DNA of 64,000 nucleotides, taken from positions 448,001-512,000 of the forward strand of contig CAVTUQ010000002.1 in NCBI GenBank assembly GCA_963737905.1. Reading direction: 5' to 3'. Shown in pieces: positions 57,854 to 64,000 of the stretch. Numbering within the stretch: position 1 is the stretch's first letter; each line of letters opens with the position of its first letter. The notes under the pieces were generated by a model. The model had not been told where the DNA came from, did not search any database, and was given only the letters and a program-made list of their open reading frames with translations. The stretch comes from an uncultured delta proteobacterium (GTDB taxonomy: Bacteria > Desulfobacterota > Binatia > UBA9968). Position numbers and translations under genes: made by a program.

Positions 57854-58612
57854 CTAATCGAGTGCTTCCTCCAGCCGCTGGGCAAGCTCTTTGCCAAGCT
57901 TGTGGGTCTGGCCTGGATTGTATTTGGTGGTTTTCCATTGCAAGACATCGAACGGCAGTTTCTCGATGGGCGTTGAGCAGATGTGAATACATGGCTTTTT
58001 CAGCGCGTGGGCGTAACCTGTTTCATACAGGACGTTCGGCTTAGCTTCGGAGAGATCGACGAAGACGGCGACCGACTTGCGGATCAGGCTTTGAATCTCA
58101 TCCACAACACTGCCCTGGAACTCGCGCCGGTCGACTCTTGTGCATACCGCACCCACTTGCTCTGCCGCATATCTCATGGCAATGAAAAACACGTCCTCAT
58201 ACTGCGGCGCAAACGGCATGGCCGCAAAGACGAGCTTGCCGACGTTCGTCGCCGTTGGCGGGTTTGAACGCGTCTTTGTCGTTTCAAGCTCAGCCAGAAG
58301 AGCAGGCACCAAACCATCAAGAGTAACGACTCCTTTAGAAGGTAAACTCCTCTTGAGCCCCGGGATCACGACAAAGGCACCGTCTGCCTTCATAGCGTCC
58401 TGATAATTCTGCGCCTGGCGGCTGGCCTCCGTCGTCAATCCAGGAAAATCCCAATCTTTCACCTCCACGATAAACTGCCGCCCATCCGGCGCATAGACGA
58501 TAAAATCAGGCGCAAGGCCGGCGAGGGCTTTTTGTGTGTCGAACTTCAAACCGGCCTCGCGAAGCTGATCCGCGATGATCTTTTCAAAGTCCTTTTCGTT
58601 TTGATCCGCCAT
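57854..58612 (-). CDS. PD-(D/E)xK nuclease fused to a nucleoside 2-deoxyribosyltransferase/TIR-like domain
   Basis: N-term E...PDF...EVK...QAQNY; C-term FAAMPF, RVD, DLSEAKPNVLYETGYAHAL, LPFD. Confidence 0.78.
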   Translation of the reverse strand: MADQNEKDFEKIIADQLREAGLKFDTQKALAGLAPDFIVYAPDGRQFIVEVKDWDFPGLTTEASRQAQNYQDAMKADGAFVVIPGLKRSLPSKGVVTLDGLVPALLAELETTKTRSNPPTATNVGKLVFAAMPFAPQYEDVFFIAMRYAAEQVGAVCTRVDRREFQGSVVDEIQSLIRKSVAVFVDLSEAKPNVLYETGYAHALKKPCIHICSTPIEKLPFDVLQWKTTKYNPGQTHKLGKELAQRLEEALD

Positions 58613-58825
58613 TTGATCTTTTGCTACTAATTACACCATCGCGGCGCCGCGGCTCAACTCCCCACCGCTCAGCTCAGGCATGCCGTGAAGGTCATCACTA
58701 AGTCCGGCCACCCCGATTTTATGGAAAAGAAGGCGAGAGGAAGGATCGCGTCCCGCAGGGTTGGTTCACATCTTATGGATTCCGCGCCTAGCTCGGAAGC
58801 GTGTTTCAAACACGGACAAATTCAC

Positions 58826-59212
58826 TCACTTCGACTGAGGCAACCCGTCCGTGATTTCAACCCAAGGCGCCTTTGAGCCAACCCAGATATGCTTAGACGG
58901 CTTAACTCCAGGATCGGTATCCAGAGTCCCAAGACGAAGACGGATCGTTTCCTGATGGTCGTCATTTCTCTTTAGGATTGGTGAACCGCACCGGCTGCAA
59001 AAGCATCGCCGCTTCCCCGGAGAGGATTCCCACTCTTTAAGCAACTCAGCCCCGGCGACGAAGCGAAATGACATCGCAGGCACAGAAGCATTGCTGGCGA
59101 ATGCCGCGCCTGCCGCCTTACGACATTGGCTGCAGTGGCAGTTGGTCACCGCCCCGAGGTCCGCGTCGATCTCATATTGGATACCACCACAAAGACATGA
59201 ACCTTTTAGCAT
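58826..59212 (-). CDS. GFA family protein
   Basis: GSCLCG, CHCSQCRK, FCSRCGS. Confidence 0.92.
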   Translation of the reverse strand: MLKGSCLCGGIQYEIDADLGAVTNCHCSQCRKAAGAAFASNASVPAMSFRFVAGAELLKEWESSPGKRRCFCSRCGSPILKRNDDHQETIRLRLGTLDTDPGVKPSKHIWVGSKAPWVEITDGLPQSK

Positions 59213-59249
59213 TCATCCTCCTTTTGATTTTCGTAACCTCCCCAGGAAC

Positions 59250-60215
59250 CTATTTGTTGACTTCTTTAACCAGACTCCAGTCCACCAACTGACTCAATGG
59301 GATTTCTTTGGTCATCTTGAGCCGTTCCTTGGTGAGCTGCACGTCGAGATTGACACCTTTATCGGAAATCATGCCGTCGTCGGTGAAGGAATTGATGGAG
59401 GTGTCGTACGCCTTGGCTGCCTGAGACGGGGTAATGTGGAGATAATCAGACAGCATCTGAATGGTTTCAGCGCGGTTTTGCTTCATAAATCGTGAGCCTC
59501 TAAGGGAGGCCCGTACAACTTTTTTGACTTGTTCGCGTTGGCTCTGGAGCTTTTTGTCCATCACGGCGATGCCCGAGAGCGGCAGCTCAATGATGTCGCC
59601 CAGGTAAAGGAGGCGCCGGAAACCCTCGTCTTCCGCTTTCATCGCGAAAGCCACGTCGATAGGTGTGGCGTCGATGGAGCCCGCGCGCAGCGCCGCCAGA
59701 CGCATAGGACTCTCGCCAGTGACGATAATTTTTATGTCTTTCTCCGGCTCGAAACCGAAGTGCCGCGCCGCCACGCGGGAGAGATAGTCCACGGTACCGG
59801 CGACGGAATCGACGCCGATGATTTTGCCCTTGAGATCCCTGGGAGTTTTGATGTCCGGCCGCGCTATCAAAACGTGCAGCGGCCGGGAGGCCATGCCGAC
59901 CACCGCTTTGAGAGGAACGCCGGTCACCGCGGCCCGTATCGCCGACCCCCATGCCAGCAGATAATCGATATCCCCGGAGATGAGCGCCTTGACGGCGATT
60001 GCCGGCTGCATCTGAACTTTATCAACATCGAGACCCTCATCTCTATAGTATCCTTTGCGCATGGCGACAACGGCAGGAAATTCAAACAGACCGCGACTCG
60101 GCGTGCCCATCACGATTCGTTCCGCACTGACCGCAGGCTCGCCTGACAAGATGAAAACGAGCAAAGCCAGGACGCCTGCGAACTTGACTATTATGTTTGT
60201 CGCAATCATAACCAT
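59250..60215 (-). CDS. NMT1/SsuA/TauA-type substrate-binding protein
   Basis: KGYYRDEGLDV, ALISGDIDY, DLKGKIIGV. Confidence 0.87.
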   Translation of the reverse strand: MVMIATNIIVKFAGVLALLVFILSGEPAVSAERIVMGTPSRGLFEFPAVVAMRKGYYRDEGLDVDKVQMQPAIAVKALISGDIDYLLAWGSAIRAAVTGVPLKAVVGMASRPLHVLIARPDIKTPRDLKGKIIGVDSVAGTVDYLSRVAARHFGFEPEKDIKIIVTGESPMRLAALRAGSIDATPIDVAFAMKAEDEGFRRLLYLGDIIELPLSGIAVMDKKLQSQREQVKKVVRASLRGSRFMKQNRAETIQMLSDYLHITPSQAAKAYDTSINSFTDDGMISDKGVNLDVQLTKERLKMTKEIPLSQLVDWSLVKEVNK

Positions 60216-60227
60216 AGCTCTCCAGCA

Positions 60228-61052
60228 CTATTCGAGCCGAACGTTCTTGGTGAAATCATATTGGTTCGAGTAGTCGCTTTCAAAAGTGGAAGAAATTCTC
60301 TGTTGGTCCCAACCGTCAGCGAAGCATTTTTTCAAAAACGACATCATCAAACTCCAGGCGTCCTTGGCAGGCTCCTTGCGGTAGCGTCCCGGCATGGTGT
60401 CGTTGAGCCAGCCATGCGGCGCGTCCCGGTACAGCCGCACATGATAACTCTTCCTCGCCCATTCCAAGCAACCGCGGAACCGGATCACGTCGTCCACGGA
60501 TATGATATGATCCGCCTCGCCGAAGATTCCCAATACCGGGCAAGATACTCCCGCCACCAGTTTCTCGATAGGGGTGGGCCGGAGCTCATTGCCATCCCAT
60601 TCCTTGCCGCCGATGGCGCCATAAAGTATCACAGCTCCGGCAATGTCATCTCTATTGGCGGCGAGCAGTAAAGATTGCCGTCCGGTCTGGCACACGCCGA
60701 TGATACCGATACGCGCAGCATCGACATGGTTCGACTTCTTCAAGTAATCAACCGCCGCATTCAAATCTTCTAACGCTTCATCGTCGCGCAGATCCACTCT
60801 CACTTGCCCCTTTTGCAGAGCCTTCGGATCTCCGGTGAAGCGGTGAAAAAGATCCGGCGCCAGACCGACGAAGCCGGTTTGAGCGAGCCTCACCGTCAGG
60901 TCCTTGGTATGTTGATCGATGCCGTAGCGCTCGTGAAGAATAATCACCGCCGGCCGTTTGCCTTTGGCCGATGGCAACGAGCGCACTGCATTGATGCCGG
61001 GGCCGAACCGCACAGCAGAGCGTGTGATTCCCGTTGTTTTCTTGGCGGCCAT
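60228..61052 (-). CDS. Dienelactone hydrolase family protein
   Basis: HERYG, APDLF, GVCQTG nucleophile, GEAD, APHGW. Confidence 0.88.
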   Translation of the reverse strand: MAAKKTTGITRSAVRFGPGINAVRSLPSAKGKRPAVIILHERYGIDQHTKDLTVRLAQTGFVGLAPDLFHRFTGDPKALQKGQVRVDLRDDEALEDLNAAVDYLKKSNHVDAARIGIIGVCQTGRQSLLLAANRDDIAGAVILYGAIGGKEWDGNELRPTPIEKLVAGVSCPVLGIFGEADHIISVDDVIRFRGCLEWARKSYHVRLYRDAPHGWLNDTMPGRYRKEPAKDAWSLMMSFLKKCFADGWDQQRISSTFESDYSNQYDFTKNVRLE

Positions 61053-61149
61053 GAATCCTCCGAATGCTTTCGCTGATCGCGCGATATGAATCTGGTTTAG
61101 ACGGCGCCAAGCTTATCCCCGCCTCAGCGAAGTAGTCAAGGCATTGTAA

Positions 61150-61951
61150 CTAACGGGTCACAGCGTCCGCTATTTTTTTAAAACGGAACCGGGTGTTTAA
61201 GTTTTCAGGCCGATGGCTTTTATTGTTGCTCAACCCAAACGAAAGGCCGCACAAAGATTTTCCCATGACCCATGTTCAGCCAGAGTACGCAGGGTGATGA
61301 TCGTAGGCGGCATCATGGGGAATTTGCCGGACGGCCGATTCTTCCAACGCGATTTGAGGCGCGAGCCAAAGACTTTCCGATACTTCTTCGGATGAGGTCA
61401 GTGGGGTCTGGTTGTTGGGAAGCGCAGCCAAGTAAAAACGGGTATCAAACCGAACCGGGTACTTTTCGGGCGTAATGCGGTGGAATAGATACGTAAAGCG
61501 CCCCAAATCGCAGAAGAGTTGTTCGGATTCCAACAGAGCGTGGTAGGTCAAGGGTGCCATTCGATAGAGCCTGGCGCTTCTCGCTCAATCTTTCTACGAG
61601 ATCACCCGGCGTGCCGTCGGGCGCGATGCCATTTTCATCAACGAAAAAATGGATTCCGGTTTCTTCAAAAAGTTCTCTAACCGCCGCGACCCAATGGCCC
61701 AGACTCATCTCCGGACCGAGGCCGGCACCGAGGATTTCCTGGGCTTCCGACCGGGTTAGGCCGCGGCAAAGGGACAACATCTTCTCGGAGCAATCCTCAT
61801 TTTCCACTCCACCCCCCGGAAAGACCAAAAAGCCCCCCAGGAATTGCATCTCCGGGCGGCGCCTCGTCATGAGAACTTCGATGCCACCATTGGGACCAGG
61901 CCGAACAAGGACGATCGTCGACGCTTTAATCGGATTGACAACTTCACTCAT
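61150..61951 (-). CDS. NUDIX hydrolase (frameshifts near 61540 and 61330; end approximate)
   Basis: VFPGGGVE, AAVRELFEETG, ITP..RFDTRFY, MMPPT in successive frames. Confidence 0.75.
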
Positions 61952-62000
61952 GGATGCTCCGCGCCGGGTTCCAACCGCTGCTTATAAAACACCGGCTCTA

Positions 62001-62810
62001 TCACTTACAACACTCCTTCAGGGAATCTCTGCTGACGACGGTTCTCACGGATGGCTGTCCTATATGAATATGGGCCCCGGTGGCGGCTCCCGGCACTGCA
62101 CCCCTGAAGGCGATGAAAGGAATCCCCAACTGTCGTAGGTATGAGAGCAGCGACCGTCCCTCGTTGCTGTCGGGGTGAAGCGCCACGTCCATAGCATTTC
62201 GATGATCGAATCTGAGGCGGTCGTGGGTTGCTGTTTGACCAAAGGCGGTGACCGGCAACCCACGCCCAAAGGTTTGCAAGAAAAACTTCTCGATCTTTGG
62301 CGCATCTGCTAGAGACCATCGGGTGCCACCATTAAAGCGGACCAAAGTCCCGGTCTCGCTATAGCCGCCCGCTGCCAAATCCGGCAGCCGGAGCAGCTCA
62401 TCACGCATGGTTGCTTCTGTGATTGCGATATCAGACTCCGTGAGCCACCGCTTGTCTTCTTCTACCCGGACAATCGCCTCCGCCAGAGCTCGTTCCATCT
62501 GGTTCAGCTCGGAGCGAGAAATCAGCCCTTGGCCGTAGAACTCCTGCCGACGCTGATATTCAATCGTGAGCTTCGTCTTTTCCTCATCGTGAATCGCCAG
62601 CAACTTTTCGGCGCTGGCGCGTGATTCCTTCATCTTCTCGATGACTTCAGCGCGCAACCTGGCAAGTTCGGCGTCCACCGGAGCCGTTCTTCGGGACGCA
62701 GCCGACCGCGTTATCGGTTGTTTTTGTTTCTCTTGGCCATTTCCATTCGGCGTCAAAAACAAAAGAAAACAAACCGTGATAGCGGCCCCGATGTTCTTTA
62801 GATCTATCAT
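62001..62810 (-). CDS. Secreted coiled-coil protein with C-terminal H..D..HxH domain
   Basis: Signal peptide, heptad region, HRNAMDV and TGAHIHIG. Confidence 0.7.
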   Translation of the reverse strand: MIDLKNIGAAITVCFLLFLTPNGNGQEKQKQPITRSAASRRTAPVDAELARLRAEVIEKMKESRASAEKLLAIHDEEKTKLTIEYQRRQEFYGQGLISRSELNQMERALAEAIVRVEEDKRWLTESDIAITEATMRDELLRLPDLAAGGYSETGTLVRFNGGTRWSLADAPKIEKFFLQTFGRGLPVTAFGQTATHDRLRFDHRNAMDVALHPDSNEGRSLLSYLRQLGIPFIAFRGAVPGAATGAHIHIGQPSVRTVVSRDSLKECCK

Positions 62811-62968
62811 TCAACCTGTCTGCATGGAACACACCGTCGGCGAAAGTCTAAGGGGTAAAGCACAGACGGTCAAGCGCCGCCCGGAAGCAAAAAAAGCGCG
62901 CACGGCTCCGGCTATGACTCTTCCGTCCTTCGGTTGGTTCGACTATGTTGAGCTTATCTTCGAAATCA

Positions 62969-63358
62969 ATGAATGCAGCGCAAAAATCCTATCAGCTGCT
63001 TGCCGATCTGATTGTATTGGTTCACGTCGCTTTCGTTGTATTCGCGGTCTTGGGCGGGCTCTTGGCGGCGAGATGGCGCCGACTTGTCTGGATTCATCCA
63101 CTAGCTGTTTTTTGGGCGACGATCGTCGAATTTTTCGGCTGGGTGTGCCCTTTGACGCCGCTTGAGAATTGGTTCCGGCGAAGAGCAGGAGAAGCTGGTT
63201 ACCCCTCCGACTTTATCGCACACTACATCCTCCCGGTTCTTTACCCGGACGAGCTAACTCGTGAAGCGCAGATCGTGCTGGGAGCCTTCGTTTTGTTGAT
63301 CAATCTAATAATCTACGGCTGGGTTTTCCGAGCCAAAGTAAGAACTGGAGATTTTTGA
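62969..63358 (+). CDS. DUF2784 family membrane protein
   Basis: ADLIVLVHVAF, CPLTPLEN, FIAHY. Confidence 0.85.
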   Translation: MNAAQKSYQLLADLIVLVHVAFVVFAVLGGLLAARWRRLVWIHPLAVFWATIVEFFGWVCPLTPLENWFRRRAGEAGYPSDFIAHYILPVLYPDELTREAQIVLGAFVLLINLIIYGWVFRAKVRTGDF

Positions 63359-63551
63359 TGTCCGGCATTAGCGTAACACGCGCGGACGGCGCTCCCAGCA
63401 GTCGTCTAGAAAAATTTTCCAAGACGATTTGCCCGCACCAAGCTGAGATTGGGTCATTTGGAATAATACCGATTTGCGCGGCCACTCTTTCGCTCCGGCA
63501 GATTTTCGTGATATTTTGCCGGCAATTCAAAGAGCAGCCAAGGAGGGTGGA

Positions 63552-64000
63552 ATGCTTGCACAAATTATTGGTTCGTCCAAGATCTTACCGTACGCCTTCC
63601 GAGCAACTTATTTGGCCCGCCTCGTTCAACGGACGATCTTCTATCTTGCCTTGTTATCGCTTCTGGCAGCTAAAGACGCTGCGGCGGAGAGGTTTTTTAT
63701 CAGCATTCCCGGACCGACCTTGAGCTACGTTCCCCTCTATTACGCTCAGGAAAAAGGTTTCTTTTCTCAGGAAGGTCTGGATCTGCACGTGCTCGTCGTT
63801 CGAGGCATCATCGGCGTCAGCAGCCTTATGGCCGGCGAGATCGATGTGACCTGCCACGCCGGCAGCGGTTTCTCCGCAGCCCTCAGAGGGATTCCCGTCA
63901 AAATCATTTCGGTTACCCGCGATCGTCCCATCCACGAGCTTATCGTCGGCCCCTCGATCACCTCCCCCGCAGACCTCAAAGGAAAGGCGGTCGCCGTAGG
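63552..64000 (+). CDS. NMT1/SsuA-type substrate-binding protein (3' truncated by window)
   Basis: RBS AGGAGG; QEKGFFSQEGLD, ALMAGEID, DLKGKAVAV. Confidence 0.82.
   Translation, partial: MLAQIIGSSKILPYAFRATYLARLVQRTIFYLALLSLLAAKDAAAERFFISIPGPTLSYVPLYYAQEKGFFSQEGLDLHVLVVRGIIGVSSLMAGEIDVTCHAGSGFSAALRGIPVKIISVTRDRPIHELIVGPSITSPADLKGKAVAV

Noticed and set aside
4340-61545. Frameshifts in otherwise intact genes (near 4345, 15820, 22165, 28190, 37874, 52820, 61330, 61540) as programmed recoding or mass pseudogenisation
   Set aside because: Mostly isolated 1-2 bp indels without slippery motifs; long-read error is the simpler explanation. Needs read polishing to settle.

Overview
64 kb of bacterial chromosome, moderately GC-rich with higher-GC inserts. 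The gene style (many orphan solute-binding proteins, cupins, LLM and amidohydrolase paralogs) suggests Candidatus Binatia or a related deltaproteobacteria-like lineage; this is inference. No rRNA, tRNA or CRISPR array was seen. Contents in order: (1) a metal-resistance-like cluster (truncated PadR, c-type cytochrome, chrA, multicopper oxidase); (2) an ECF sigma/anti-sigma pair and a YVTN-cupredoxin operon sharing one promoter motif; (3) core genes (prfB with its programmed frameshift, ybeY, ferredoxin); (4) a cyclodeaminase/isochorismatase/M24 operon; (5) an accessory region (~24-47 kb) with NYN-LOTUS, DarT-NADAR, HicAB, Uma2, a nucleotidyltransferase pair, two IS elements with resolved ends and target duplications, and nested diverged gene fragments; (6) an RpiR/LLM/molybdenum-hydroxylase catabolic operon; (7) a nuclease-NDT fusion beside a DNA glycosylase. 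The most unusual signal is a tandem array of four orphan ABC-type binding-protein genes plus a 3' remnant. In three copies the N-terminal leader or signal peptide is encoded by one arm of a 7-nt-periodic hairpin whose upstream arm changes in step with it. Several 1-2 bp frameshifts look like read errors.
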